Made by a program: the position numbers and the translations under genes. 64,000 nt of DNA from a virus. The notes under the pieces were generated by a model. That model saw nothing but the letters and a program-made list of their open reading frames with translations. It ran no database searches and had not been told where the DNA came from. Where the stretch lies: the IMG/VR virus record IMGVR_UViG_3300017963_000242, positions 1 through 64,000 of that record; one strand, given 5' to 3'. Shown here piece by piece: positions 19,701-29,679 of the stretch (its first letter is position 1; each line of letters opens with the position of its first letter).

Positions 19701-21025
19701 AGTTGCAGAATCGCCGGGAAGTCTTGATCCGCGCCGTCCATCGAGCAAACGATATGTTGCTCGGACACGTCGCCCTGATCGAGTAGTAGCACGGGCTGTC
19801 CGCCGCTTGCGCTGCTCTGATCAACGTGGAGTTGAGCTAAAATCGTATCATCGCCGCCGATTTTGGTATCGCCGCCGAGTTTGCTGTCTGCGTCTGAGTC
19901 GTGGTAGATTGCCCAATCGACACCGGAACGCTCGTTCAGATACAGCATCCGAACCGCGCCGGTTGTCGTACCATCCATATCCATTCGGATGCGGATCCCG
20001 TTTGCAGTGCCGCTTACGGTGTTCGCTGCCTCCTGGTCCACGAACACCGTGATACCATAGGCGTCTTGCCAAACTTGCCCGCCGTTCAGATCAGTGATAA
20101 TGTTCATCGCACGCATATCTTTAGGCGTGCCTACGCTGCCAACGTTTCCGTCTTTCAATCGGGCAATGCCATAGATGCCCGTTGTGTCTCCGACCGTGCC
20201 TCCAGCCTGGTTCAACGTTGCCGTGAACGCCAGCCCTACCCACTCGTCTGCCTCGTCTGTCGCGCCTGCTGTTTTCGTCGTGGTGAGTTGCAGGCCGTAA
20301 TAGGTACTGGCCGTGTCTACTGTTGCATCCGAGATCGCTACGATGGTATTAGCAGATATGCCCGCGCTGGCCCCCACAGCTAGATGCGCTTCAAAGTCTG
20401 CGTTTCCGGCGGCGTCCACATAGGCTACATTAGAATCGCCCTCGTCGCGCCAAATGAACCGGCTGTCCGTATCCGCCGCCGGGAACTTGACGACAAAATC
20501 AGAGTCGCCCGCTGTGCCATCGTCCTCTAGCCATAGCGAGAACGTGTCATCGTTCGAGCCACCGACGAAATGGATCGCTGGGCTGTCGCCTGCGTCATCG
20601 TCCCAGGTGTGATCGCCGGTCCACGTCGGTGTTTGATCCCAGACCACATCGTCGGCGTCCGTGGTCAGCGCATAGCCAGCCGCGCCTGGATGTGCCAATC
20701 GCTGCCATGTAATCGTCGCCGTGCCCTGGCCCGACATGAGGTCGCCGCGCTGTACTGCTGCTGCTGTGGAGTCTAGGTGTGTAGAGGATAGTATCTGATG
20801 TGATGCCGCGCCGCTTCCACCTGCGATATACTGCCAAGCCGTTGCACCGTCTGAGTTGACGTACAAGTCGTCGCCCACCGTATCCCAAAAAAACACACCC
20901 TCTGCGGCTGTATGGTCTGGTACAGCGGTTCCGGTGTGCATGCTGGAATATTCGTTCCTGGAATTTACACGGCGTTCCAGCGCGCGCATCTGTCTATAAA
21001 CTTGCTCGTTGACGCGCTCAGTCAT
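16778..21025 (-). CDS. Long tail fibre / receptor-binding protein with internal duplication
   Basis: ~1415 aa G/D/A/T-rich with repeated modules; follows Tal-like gene; start MTERVNEQ preferred. Confidence 0.8.
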   Translation of the reverse strand: MTERVNEQVYRQMRALERRVNSRNEYSSMHTGTAVPDHTAAEGVFFWDTVGDDLYVNSDGATAWQYIAGGSGAASHQILSSTHLDSTAAAVQRGDLMSGQGTATITWQRLAHPGAAGYALTTDADDVVWDQTPTWTGDHTWDDDAGDSPAIHFVGGSNDDTFSLWLEDDGTAGDSDFVVKFPAADTDSRFIWRDEGDSNVAYVDAAGNADFEAHLAVGASAGISANTIVAISDATVDTASTYYGLQLTTTKTAGATDEADEWVGLAFTATLNQAGGTVGDTTGIYGIARLKDGNVGSVGTPKDMRAMNIITDLNGGQVWQDAYGITVFVDQEAANTVSGTANGIRIRMDMDGTTTGAVRMLYLNERSGVDWAIYHDSDADSKLGGDTKIGGDDTILAQLHVDQSSASGGQPVLLLDQGDVSEQHIVCSMDGADQDFPAILQLDVTGAPTLAWDESDNSWDITDDFSLVDGDLHFASGLGIIHADGVAAGLVLGGDGTRFIPIAANANYPIPPGARGHIIRGEAGPVWASYDASTEGGVLIGDGTDIISDTSPTLVGNLSMDDGAGDSPSLNFVGGSNDDTFSLWLEDDGTAGDSDFVVKFPASDTDSQFIWRDSGDADVAYVDADGNADFLGHIAAGPNASVIDSIILNLQNTALDTTTAASGIDLDLAKTAGATDHDDALLGMSLFVRLNQSGGTIGHARGFFAEVQIDDGSVGAVGNKRDAQVGYYNLDLNAGTVTDDAVGIEVFVDQEAANTVSGDVFGNRIVMDCDGTVTGNAYGLYIDERTGINYGVYQDGTAQNILRGFLSVGTTGTGAALDVDQSSASGGQPVLLLDQGDVSEQHIICSMDGADQDFPAILQLDVTGAPTLAWDESDDKWTLTKHLSLLDGDLYIASGLGIIHADGVAAGAVLVGDGTRYIPGTFVDIGAAPADAQYLTLALDGDLSAERRFVPGNGLAGTDSGANGDYDLVVDLVAAWSGLEFSGGDLRIDLDATFDAWTGVHTHTDDIIMDDGSGNSPLLYFITGSDDEIKLLADDTNGDFRLLLSEAAGVSSFLVQDSAGGFAFGVDSNGNATVGNELIVPQYIIHSGDTDTYVNFTDDEITFHVGGADLLTLTEAANDTAAFVLAGAGGELSISINGAEDFTFTANSLDVLSGSFVTMADDTGIGLGAAAGRITFDDQGTDQIEFQDAHVIVGGTAPDALMTASLTVLDNNIGVSNDGSAAVYQAFAYGADAADYPIFRGRRAQGTRGTPTAAQSGDILGRLGAGGYGATGFAAASTGFVQVDAAENFTDAAMGTSLGFYTAPTSSVTAAERMRVAETGRVKIADSFTNTLAQLHVDQSSAAGGIEVLLLDQADVDEAFVHYYGEAAAGNLTRSIVDEGDQSSETRAGWLKVYVTDTGNQIADQAYFIPIYTLS

Positions 21026-22121
21026 TGCTCTCCCATTCCACACGAGCGTCTATGGTTTCCTTGCCTGCTTCCACAGTAATTGACACCGACCGGACTATCG
21101 ACTCGAATCGCCGTCCGAGAAATTCTGCATTGACCTTGTCGCCATACTGCCAGTCAACGCCATATCTCGCACCATCGGTGTCGATGATTTTCCCGCCAAA
21201 CCGACGAATTGGACGAGCTTGTGCAAGCGCATCGTTCGCCACCTTGTCCACCTCGTCATCGTCTCTGGCATCATTCGCATCTATGTAGCCCTCGACCCGC
21301 CCGAACCTGCTTTGCTCAGATCGTTCTGTGTCTTCTACCTCTCGCTTGCGCCGACTTGACCCGGTGCTCTGGCCTAGAGCATAGATGTAGTTTTGAGCAT
21401 TCGTTGCGTCAAACTCGTAGAATGCCTGTGACAATGAGCCCTTCTCCCGACTCAATACCATGTAATCGCCTGTACGGTCGCTTCCAGGTTGCCCGGTATA
21501 GGTTAGAAACCGACAAGTAAAGGATGTAGCCGTGATCGAATCCAGAACAACGTCAAAGAAAACTTCTGTTCCCGCCGCCCGGCTTGCTTTGCTGATGCGC
21601 TTGAATTCTGCAAATACGTTTTGCCATTCCGACCGGACAAATACGATAGGCCCCTTTGACACAGCAGACCCGCTTGTAAAGAAGTCCAGGTTGCGGTCTG
21701 TGTCTACTGCGCTGATCAAGTTTTCGTCCACGAACTCTGTCATTAGATCGTCTGCGTATCCGGTTTTCTCAGTAAAAGCCAGCCCACCCGCATAGGCTAC
21801 GATTCGCCGCTTGAGCAAGTCTTTGAATCCCGGTCCTCCTACTCGCAAGCGCAGCAACCCGGAACTGGCCTCTTCATAGCGGTAGTATCGCACGATGAAT
21901 GCTCGTTCTAGGGTCATTCGTGTTCCCGCTGAGGATCTCCAAATCTGAACAACGCTATCAGGCTCTAGCAGCCTATCATCGAACCCTTTGCTTGGCATAT
22001 CTAGTATGAATTGGCCCATATCGTTGACGACGATGGAATATTGCATGCGTACAAAGTTGTCCAGCAGCGCCAGCCTTGCACCCTTGTCGTTTGTCAACCA
22101 GACTTCATATTCACCCGACAT
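21018..22121 (-). CDS. Siphovirus minor tail (ReqiPepy6 Gp37-like / Tal hub) protein
   Basis: Position after Dit; NYIYALGQ, YGVDWQYGDKV motifs. Confidence 0.75.
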   Translation of the reverse strand: MSGEYEVWLTNDKGARLALLDNFVRMQYSIVVNDMGQFILDMPSKGFDDRLLEPDSVVQIWRSSAGTRMTLERAFIVRYYRYEEASSGLLRLRVGGPGFKDLLKRRIVAYAGGLAFTEKTGYADDLMTEFVDENLISAVDTDRNLDFFTSGSAVSKGPIVFVRSEWQNVFAEFKRISKASRAAGTEVFFDVVLDSITATSFTCRFLTYTGQPGSDRTGDYMVLSREKGSLSQAFYEFDATNAQNYIYALGQSTGSSRRKREVEDTERSEQSRFGRVEGYIDANDARDDDEVDKVANDALAQARPIRRFGGKIIDTDGARYGVDWQYGDKVNAEFLGRRFESIVRSVSITVEAGKETIDARVEWESND

Positions 22122-24673
22122 CAGTCATATCCCGCATAGGTGTCTTTCCAAATCAAGTACCCGCTTGCAACCGCCCCCGCACTTTGATAGACAAACGAGT
22201 TAATAATGTTGTCTCCTGGCATCAGTGACCATTGCCCAAGCGTGCTTCCTGGAAGAACAGCATCAAATCGTCGTCCATAGAATGAGCTTATGATGTCCTT
22301 CGACTTTGGCTCTAGGTCTATCGTGATAGTCTCTCCATTTTGTAGTGCGTATGTCATCCAAATTGTCTTTCCAGTCGAGACATTCCGCAGCGTTCTCATA
22401 TATGCAGGTGTCGCGCCGGACCTAGCAACGATGAACCTTGGATAGGCCGGAACCGACCCCTCATTTGTCACAGTATCTTTTCCTGCGTGGTATCTTGTTC
22501 CCGCTCCGCCTGTTACACTCCATCCTAGATAAACATCGTAGTTATCGTCTCTGCGGCTGGCTTCTCCTAATGCAACAGAAAACCCCACAGACGATAGATC
22601 AATTCCAGGAAACACCCACGATGCTCCGTTCCAAATCAAAACGCCAGTTGATAGGGTTATGCCACCATAGATATCATAGTACACATCAAATGCCCCGACT
22701 GCCCACAGAAGGCGGTCTGGGCCGAACTGCATTTTCCACACGATGTCATTCAGCAAATCATTTGTCCCGACTGAAAGCCATCTGCTCCCGTTCCACCGCG
22801 CGATATAGTTCGCGGTTTCCCCACCTGCCGTGGTGAAATTCCCACCCACGTAAACATCATCATTGGTGTCTATCGCCAGCGAATATGCAGTGTCGTTTAA
22901 TCCTGTCCCTAGCGCTGTCCAGGTAGAACCATCATATTTGACGATTCCTGCCGCTGCCGTTCCTCCATTCACGCTTGTGAAACTCCCAGCAAAATAAATG
23001 TTGTTCTGCGAATCTACTGCAACCGCATAGACTGTTCCGTCATCTATCCCGCTGCCTACAGCGTTCCATGCAGCCCCGTCCCACATTGCTACTCGCGCCG
23101 TGTTCGCTACCCCGCCCATTCCGGTAAATGCGCCAACCGCGTATAAGTTACCTGCTAGATCAAATGCTAAACCGCGAACATCGACCGTAGCCGATACGCC
23201 CGTTCCTAGTGCAGACCACGTACTGGTACTGATTGTATAAAGCGCTACCCCGTCCGTGTTTGCCTGCGCGCCTGCTCCCGTGAATGTCCCTCCTGCGTAT
23301 AATGAATCGCCGTCCGCACCCAGAACAATCGCATAGGCTGTACCGTTGTCAATTCCATCTCCCGCGTCCCAGTCCCAAGTATCAGTTAGTGGTGTATACC
23401 GTCCTATGCGGTCGGCGTCAGCATCTCCGTCCAAGTTCGTAAAATTACCTACAACATACAGACGGTGATCTGGCGCAATGAGCATGTCATAGAACATCGT
23501 CGTGCCTGCTTCTGCGTCTGCTGGAGCACCCAGGCCATACCATCGTTCTGGATATGGACATGATTCATTCACGAGCCGACCAATGACCTTATTTGTACTT
23601 TCGCCGGTTTCCAGCGTGAGCACTTTACTGCTCTCTCCAATTTCATACCAGTACGGGTCATTCGCTACGAATCGTAGGCCCACATCTTCCATTACAATGT
23701 TATCTGGCTCGACATTTCCTTGCAGTCCGCTTTCATAGTGTGCTGAGATTTGCTTGACCACTGCGCCGCCAGTGTACCAGATGCGAACCGCCTGATATTC
23801 GTCGTTGAGCTTTGGATAAGCCGATGGCAACAAGATGTCTTCCAAGTTGCGCCGAACTGTATGCAAGCTACAACCCGACCCGGTTGCGCGAAGTGGGCCA
23901 GACAGCATAAACGGTCGAGCTGGATATTGAATGTTGTCCAACTGCCCGCCCGGCAAGTTCGCGTATCCGTTCACTCGCAGAGCATGCGGCGTGACACCTG
24001 CGCCCGCCTCACTCGCTACGCCAAAGTAGTAATCGTCTTTTAGGTCCATCACCCTCCCGCCCGCGCGGGAATATACCGACCGAGTAGACGAACTACCGTG
24101 CTCTGATTGATCCCACGCACAGCCCTCTTGTGTTCCATCCACGTATGTCGTCCAATACGCCGCCGCTTCCACCTGAACGCCGTCGATGTAGAACGACCCT
24201 GCGCCTGCCCCATCCTGATAGATGTACAGCGTCGTCGATGCGTTTGCCTGAGCCGCCACAAACGATGCTCCATACAAAGACCAGTTCTCGTCCATTTCCA
24301 TAATCAGGCTTGGCGTTGTCCAGTTGGCGTTATCCAGCGACCAGTCCCACGCGCTAGGCAGCGTGCCGCGCACGCGCAATGTGACATAATGAACTGCGTT
24401 ACTGAGTGCGCTCAACGCCAGCGTCATACCCTCATTGTCTCCGCTTGTCTGGACCCAATAGCTATATAGACCGTAGTGGCTATACGTCGTGCTTTGCGCC
24501 GCAGACCCACCGACTGCTGCAAAGTTGCCCGCAATTTCTGCCGATGGATTTAGGACCATGTTCTGTGCAAGTTCCGGTACAACTATTTTCCAATTGCTCA
24601 TCAATACCTCTCCGCTCCCGACCGACAGCACCAGAACTATCGGGATAAAAACACGAAATACGACACGATTCAT
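22121..24673 (-). CDS. Distal tail (Dit) protein with CBM-like and beta-propeller insertions
   Basis: After tape measure; FVANDPYWY, TNEGSVPAYP, LMPGDN; WDG/YVGGNFT repeats; start may be 24601. Confidence 0.75.
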   Translation of the reverse strand: MNRVVFRVFIPIVLVLSVGSGEVLMSNWKIVVPELAQNMVLNPSAEIAGNFAAVGGSAAQSTTYSHYGLYSYWVQTSGDNEGMTLALSALSNAVHYVTLRVRGTLPSAWDWSLDNANWTTPSLIMEMDENWSLYGASFVAAQANASTTLYIYQDGAGAGSFYIDGVQVEAAAYWTTYVDGTQEGCAWDQSEHGSSSTRSVYSRAGGRVMDLKDDYYFGVASEAGAGVTPHALRVNGYANLPGGQLDNIQYPARPFMLSGPLRATGSGCSLHTVRRNLEDILLPSAYPKLNDEYQAVRIWYTGGAVVKQISAHYESGLQGNVEPDNIVMEDVGLRFVANDPYWYEIGESSKVLTLETGESTNKVIGRLVNESCPYPERWYGLGAPADAEAGTTMFYDMLIAPDHRLYVVGNFTNLDGDADADRIGRYTPLTDTWDWDAGDGIDNGTAYAIVLGADGDSLYAGGTFTGAGAQANTDGVALYTISTSTWSALGTGVSATVDVRGLAFDLAGNLYAVGAFTGMGGVANTARVAMWDGAAWNAVGSGIDDGTVYAVAVDSQNNIYFAGSFTSVNGGTAAAGIVKYDGSTWTALGTGLNDTAYSLAIDTNDDVYVGGNFTTAGGETANYIARWNGSRWLSVGTNDLLNDIVWKMQFGPDRLLWAVGAFDVYYDIYGGITLSTGVLIWNGASWVFPGIDLSSVGFSVALGEASRRDDNYDVYLGWSVTGGAGTRYHAGKDTVTNEGSVPAYPRFIVARSGATPAYMRTLRNVSTGKTIWMTYALQNGETITIDLEPKSKDIISSFYGRRFDAVLPGSTLGQWSLMPGDNIINSFVYQSAGAVASGYLIWKDTYAGYD

Positions 24674-24676
24674 TGG

Positions 24677-27600
24677 CTATCCTGCTCCTAACGCCGCCAG
24701 CTCTGAGTAGTCTTGCAGATATGTGCTTGTCGTGGCCGATGTCGTGACATTTAATGTGTTGTTTGTTATCCGGTTGTCTGCGCCCGCCTGTCCTATTTGC
24801 GGGAATGACAATTCAGACATCGCTCTGCCGAACCCCGGCAACTCCTGTCGAGACAACTCGGCCATCAGGTCACGCGTGTTCGTCAGCATTTGCTCAATCG
24901 GTGATGGAGAATGGCGCTGTGCCCAATCCGGCAACTTTGTTTTGGCCCACTCCTTTAGCTTGTCTATAAACTTGACGATTTTATCTGTCGTGTCTTTGAT
25001 AAGCCCTTTTAGATTTTCAAATGTTTCTACAAGCCCATCTAGGACTTTATCTTTCGTATCCTTGATAGCACCTGAGATTTTTTCCCAAGCTGTTAGAAAT
25101 GAGCCTTCGAGTGTATCACCAATGGTTTTTAGGAGCGGCTGAATGTCATCTTTCCATATATCGCGCAGCTTTTCGAAAATATCCATCACGCTGTCCTTGA
25201 CAAAGTCATAGACCTTCGTCAGCGCTGGAACAAGCACTTCCTCAAACAACCTGCGCAGTTCCTCGATCTTGGGTTCAATGTGATCACGCCAGAAATCGCG
25301 TAGTTTTTCGAAAATATCAATCACTTTTTCTTTGACAGACGATGCTAATTCATTAAATTTATCAACTAATTTGTCTTTCAATGCTATGGCTAGTTCTTTG
25401 GACAAATCTAGCAAGTCTTTGAACATTTCCCATGCTTGGCCGCCCCAAACAACAATAGCAGCAATACCGGCTATCAGCAAAACAATCGGGTTGGTTAAGA
25501 GCAAAATCGCGCCTACTAGAATACCTGCCACTACAGCCACCACGCCCATCACTCCCGCAAACTTGCCCAAGTTTTGCAAAGCCTCTGGTGGAATAAACTT
25601 TTTGATTTCTTCTATGATAGGAACAACTTTTTCGTCCCAGAACTCCCGCACTGTCGTAGTGAACGTTTCCCACGTAGACTGTAACTCTGCTAATGGCCCT
25701 TCCTTCAGCCGCGTCCACTCATCTATCACTGGCTGGAACATCCCTAGCAGCTTTTCCTTGATACTTTCCTTGGCATTCTCGAATGCAGTCGAAAGGCTAC
25801 TCGCTATACCTCCCTCTCCGCTAAATATTGGTATTGGTATCTCTGGTGGTTCCAATTCACCAGTTAGCCCATCTGCCAGCCCATCAGTCAATCCGCCAAT
25901 GGCAGCCGTCAACGAGTCGGTGACTTCCGACATCGGCTCCGTCATCTTGAACATCTGGTCGATGATTTTTTGCTGTAACGCTACCTGTTCTTGTAGTGGA
26001 CTGAGTGCCTTTTGCGCTTCTTCGGCTTGTGATTCCGTCGCGTCTACCTGGTCATCTGCGAGGTCTAGCGCCTTTTCCGCTTCGGCAAACTCGGCCCGCT
26101 TGGCTGCGAGGACCGATTCATCCGCGCCCGCTGCCAGCAGTTTGTTGTATTCGTCAGCCAGCTTTGAGACGTTATCCTGAGCATCTTTTTGAGCTGACCT
26201 TGCCCTTTCAAGAGATTCCTCTGCTTCTTGGACCGCCTTCGTTGCTGCCGCGAGTTTGAACTGTCGTTTGGCAAGTTCCGCAATGTCCTTTCCGTATGCT
26301 CCCGTTGTTTTTTCCAGTTGCTTGAAAATACCATCTGTCATGTCGCCTGTCGCTGCCGCTTTTGCCAGACCTTCGGACAGACCGCGAAACATCTCAGCGC
26401 TGCCCTTTTCGGACATATCGCCCGAATCGACCAACCGAGATAGTGCCGTGCTAATTGGTCCCTGCATCGTATCCAGGATGCCAAAGTCGGCTTGCGTCAT
26501 GTTGTGAAGGTACAAGTTCATCGACGATTGCGCCCACTTGTCCAGGTTTGGCATAATCTTCGGTGGCGATGATGGAGCCAGCCAGCTTTGCAGGATTCCG
26601 CCGATGAATTGCATTGCCTGAGTCAGTGCCGCTGCCGCACCTTGTACCATTCCAGACGCAAACTCGGTGACGACCTGAATGCCCCACTTGAGTGCCCTTG
26701 ATGCCATCTCGGACCATTTGTTGACCAGCTTGTCAACAGACGACTTACCCACGTCCTCGATAACCGGAACCATATTGCCCAGCCCGTCAGTGGTAAAGTT
26801 GACAAACTGCGCCGTCGCCTGCGCTGCCGTATCGAATTTGCTTACCCAGCCCTCAACCAATCCGAGTACAACTGAGATAGCAGGCGCTATCTTGTTCACA
26901 AGAATGTCTTGCAGTGGAGGTAGTACAAGATTCGCCAATTTGAGCAGGATACCTGTCGCCTGACCCAACACCGGAGAAAGGCCAACGGCAACTTGATCCT
27001 TGAAATTCTGAATGACAGCACCAAGCCCCGCGACCTTTTCCGACGTCGTCATGCCCGCGCCGCCAGTCTGCGCAATGAGTTTGTTTGTTGCCTCAACCGT
27101 GGCGTTTAGGATCGCGACTGACTTTTCTTCACTGGTCAGGTCTTTGACCGCCTTCCCGACTTTGGCGGCCATGGCCTCGTTCGCCTCACCCATTTTCAAC
27201 ACGATGCCCGTGTTGTCAATGAGCATCGGACTTGAGCGTTTCACGCCAGTTACGAGGGACTGAAACATGAACTCGGCAGATCCGCCCGTAGCCGCCGCAG
27301 CGGCACGCGCGCCTGCAAGTAAGGTCGGCAGATTCTTGCCAAACTCTTTTCCGAGCATCTGACCCGCACCGGTTAGGGCGACGTTGGCCTGCGTCATCAT
27401 CTCAAATTCGCTGATGGTCCCGCCTGACGCCCGTTGCATTGCAGACAGGTTGACGCCGAACTGAGCGGCATTGCGATTGAATGCGGCAGCAATACCCGGC
27501 AAGCCCGCACCCGCCTTGACCGTATTGACCAGGCCACCCGCTGCGCTCTTTGCGGCCTGCGCTAGAAAGCCAAGCCCCTTCGTCACCACTGCGGTAGACA

Positions 27601-27727
27601 GCGCCGACTTCATCTTTTCGCCCCAGGACGTCGCAGTTTTGATGCTCTGTCCCATAGCGTTATTAAACTGGTCTGAATCTAGGACTAGTCTTGAAACAAG
27701 TCTAGCAACTTCGATTGAACCGGCCAT
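24677..27727 (-). CDS. Tape measure protein
   Basis: 1016 aa helical A/L-rich with periodic aromatic repeats; after chaperones. Confidence 0.9.
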   Translation of the reverse strand: MAGSIEVARLVSRLVLDSDQFNNAMGQSIKTATSWGEKMKSALSTAVVTKGLGFLAQAAKSAAGGLVNTVKAGAGLPGIAAAFNRNAAQFGVNLSAMQRASGGTISEFEMMTQANVALTGAGQMLGKEFGKNLPTLLAGARAAAAATGGSAEFMFQSLVTGVKRSSPMLIDNTGIVLKMGEANEAMAAKVGKAVKDLTSEEKSVAILNATVEATNKLIAQTGGAGMTTSEKVAGLGAVIQNFKDQVAVGLSPVLGQATGILLKLANLVLPPLQDILVNKIAPAISVVLGLVEGWVSKFDTAAQATAQFVNFTTDGLGNMVPVIEDVGKSSVDKLVNKWSEMASRALKWGIQVVTEFASGMVQGAAAALTQAMQFIGGILQSWLAPSSPPKIMPNLDKWAQSSMNLYLHNMTQADFGILDTMQGPISTALSRLVDSGDMSEKGSAEMFRGLSEGLAKAAATGDMTDGIFKQLEKTTGAYGKDIAELAKRQFKLAAATKAVQEAEESLERARSAQKDAQDNVSKLADEYNKLLAAGADESVLAAKRAEFAEAEKALDLADDQVDATESQAEEAQKALSPLQEQVALQQKIIDQMFKMTEPMSEVTDSLTAAIGGLTDGLADGLTGELEPPEIPIPIFSGEGGIASSLSTAFENAKESIKEKLLGMFQPVIDEWTRLKEGPLAELQSTWETFTTTVREFWDEKVVPIIEEIKKFIPPEALQNLGKFAGVMGVVAVVAGILVGAILLLTNPIVLLIAGIAAIVVWGGQAWEMFKDLLDLSKELAIALKDKLVDKFNELASSVKEKVIDIFEKLRDFWRDHIEPKIEELRRLFEEVLVPALTKVYDFVKDSVMDIFEKLRDIWKDDIQPLLKTIGDTLEGSFLTAWEKISGAIKDTKDKVLDGLVETFENLKGLIKDTTDKIVKFIDKLKEWAKTKLPDWAQRHSPSPIEQMLTNTRDLMAELSRQELPGFGRAMSELSFPQIGQAGADNRITNNTLNVTTSATTSTYLQDYSELAALGAG

Positions 27728-27747
27728 CAGCGTCCCTTGAGATTAGC

Positions 27748-28116
27748 CTATATCGGCCCATCTCGCTTCTTTTTCCATTCCGGTCGATTGTCTTGTATGT
27801 TGCCACCGAACAGACTGGCTAGATTTTTCATAGCGCCTAGTGCCTGTTGTGGCGTCTTCAGTCGTGGAGCCTGCCGCTTCTTGAACTGCGGCATAAAGTC
27901 CTTGAGCTTTGGCTTTCTGCCTTTCTTGCCGCGCCACATATTTGCCATCGTAAACGCGACCATCGCCGCTCGCCAGTCGGCACGTTCTTCGTCCCACGGG
28001 TCTATTTCTGCATATGCAATCCACTCGCGGTAGACCCGTTGTGGCATCACCGACAGCATAGCGTCGGGGTTGGGCCACCCAAGCGCCAGCGCAAGTCGAA
28101 ACTCGAACTGGCGCAT
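27748..28116 (-). CDS. Tail assembly chaperone, gpT-like frame
   Basis: LALALG..EWIAY..P...ERADWRAAMVA; in the -1 frame of the upstream gene. Confidence 0.8.
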   Translation of the reverse strand: MRQFEFRLALALGWPNPDAMLSVMPQRVYREWIAYAEIDPWDEERADWRAAMVAFTMANMWRGKKGRKPKLKDFMPQFKKRQAPRLKTPQQALGAMKNLASLFGGNIQDNRPEWKKKRDGPI

Positions 28117-28121
28117 GGGCG

Positions 28122-28520
28122 TCAGTTTGGGGATTCCTGCTCTTCCCCTTCCTCGTCCTCGTCTCCGGTCAACCCGGACAGGTCATAGACGGCATTAGCG
28201 ATACTCGCTAGGCCAGCATAGAACGATGCCCGTTTGCCACGCTTGCGCAAGGTTGCCTTGTCCTTGTTCTCGAACACGGGCTCGCCTTTGTCATCGACGC
28301 AGCACCATACAACCACGTCGTAGGTGTAATCGAGCGCTTGACTGACTGCCTCTCTACCTTCGGCCTGATTCATATCCAGGCCAACTCTTTGGAACTCTTC
28401 GGCAGACAGTTCGCGCACGCGAACCTCGACGCCTTTGCCCCATTCCGGCACGGCAACGACGGCCATCTTGAACCCCTGCTCTGCGATATCAAAAATCGCT
28501 GCTTTATCCAGCAGTGGCAT
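28122..28520 (-). CDS. Tail assembly chaperone, gpG-like
   Basis: VPEWG..VRVRELS..CVDDKGEPVF; follows tail tube gene. Confidence 0.85.
   Translation of the reverse strand: MPLLDKAAIFDIAEQGFKMAVVAVPEWGKGVEVRVRELSAEEFQRVGLDMNQAEGREAVSQALDYTYDVVVWCCVDDKGEPVFENKDKATLRKRGKRASFYAGLASIANAVYDLSGLTGDEDEEGEEQESPN
28125..28131 (-). other. -1 programmed frameshift slippery site C CCA AAC
   Basis: XXXYYYZ just before the gpG stop; -1 frame reads CCC AAA CTG ACG CCC ATG into gpT. Confidence 0.8.
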
Positions 28521-28570
28521 GTAAAAAACCTTTCAGCCTCTATAACATTTTGTTATGTCGGCACTAGACG

Positions 28571-29020
28571 CTAGGTGATCGCCAGCGTCGGCTTGCCCGA
28601 AATCTTGATTGTGAGTTCAGCAGTCAGCACATCGTCCATCGGGTCGTCTACGTCGAACCCGCTCACAAAGCCGTCGAACGTGAACGTAGCCGTCCCGCCG
28701 CAACCGTCTAGCTGCCACTGCCACGTAGCGAGCGTGCATTGCTCTGTCTCAAAGTCGGACAGCAGGCCCGTACCCGCCGTCTGCGCGTGCGTGGTATCAG
28801 CAATCGGATCCCAGGTCAGGCCGAACGAGATAGCGCCCGGGTCCACGCGCCCGCCGATGTACTCATTGTAGTATGTGGTCATACTGCGATCCGCAATCTC
28901 GATTTCATTGCGGCTAATAGACGGGCCGGACATGTCCCTAATCTTTGCGATGTTGGTATAGGAAGTGCCGCCTGCTGGATCCCAGCCAAGCGTTCCTAAG
29001 TGCCCCGGATGATTTGCCAT
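28571..29020 (-). CDS. Major tail tube protein
   Basis: GPSISRNEIE, DPGAISF, FDGFVSGF, IKISGKP. Confidence 0.85.
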   Translation of the reverse strand: MANHPGHLGTLGWDPAGGTSYTNIAKIRDMSGPSISRNEIEIADRSMTTYYNEYIGGRVDPGAISFGLTWDPIADTTHAQTAGTGLLSDFETEQCTLATWQWQLDGCGGTATFTFDGFVSGFDVDDPMDDVLTAELTIKISGKPTLAIT

Positions 29021-29067
29021 CGTATCTATTCCTTTGAACCGCCAATGTCATCATTGCGATTCTACAA

Positions 29068-29679
29068 TTACCAGCGGCTTCTCCACCGCTGCCAAAAAAC
29101 TCGATTGTCCATTGAAAACCACGGCTCGTGTGGTTCGTGCAGTCCGTGGTCCACGTATACAGAAGGTATCCACAGCGCTCGTTTGTTATGGTCCCTCTGC
29201 GCTCTCCACTGCCAGTCTACGTCACTGCCATAGTGCCTGAACGTTTCATCAAGCGGACCAAGCGCCTGGATTGCCGCCCGCTTGACAACGAGACAAAAAC
29301 CCGCGCAATGGCTGACCACCTGCGGTTGGCGCTCGTCGTTTGGCCGTCCTGTATTCTGCGGCGCTGTTCTGCATGGTCCCGACGGCCCCGCGAACCAGCA
29401 ATCTGAGCGCTTCTCCAATTCGTCCCATAGCGTTGCCAACCATCCTATCCGAACGATACAGTCATCGTTCAGGATACACACGTCATCCGTCGCCGTCCAA
29501 CTCTGGTCCTGATTCTGTCGCGTCAACGGCAGGTGTCGATTCACGTTCCTCGTCCACCCGCTCCTGCTTTCGTCCACTGCAACCACGGCACGGACGTTTT
29601 CTAGTCCAGCCAGTAGCAAAGCCTGATTTCGCGCTTTCATCCCCATCCCCCGGTCCAGCGTCGGAACGATGATCAACAT
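29068..29679 (-). CDS. GT2-family (GT-A) glycosyltransferase
   Basis: IIVPT, ILNDDC (DxD-like), GPLDETF..YGSDVDW. Confidence 0.8.
   Translation of the reverse strand: MLIIVPTLDRGMGMKARNQALLLAGLENVRAVVAVDESRSGWTRNVNRHLPLTRQNQDQSWTATDDVCILNDDCIVRIGWLATLWDELEKRSDCWFAGPSGPCRTAPQNTGRPNDERQPQVVSHCAGFCLVVKRAAIQALGPLDETFRHYGSDVDWQWRAQRDHNKRALWIPSVYVDHGLHEPHEPWFSMDNRVFWQRWRSRW

Noticed and set aside
18280-20600. Diversity-generating retroelement TR/VR pair
   Set aside because: No reverse transcriptase in the window; both repeats are in-frame within one gene
29483-29679. Programmed sulfotransferase-GT2 frameshift fusion
   Set aside because: No slippery heptamer seen and GT2 has its own ATG and RBS; likely simple overlap or lost stop
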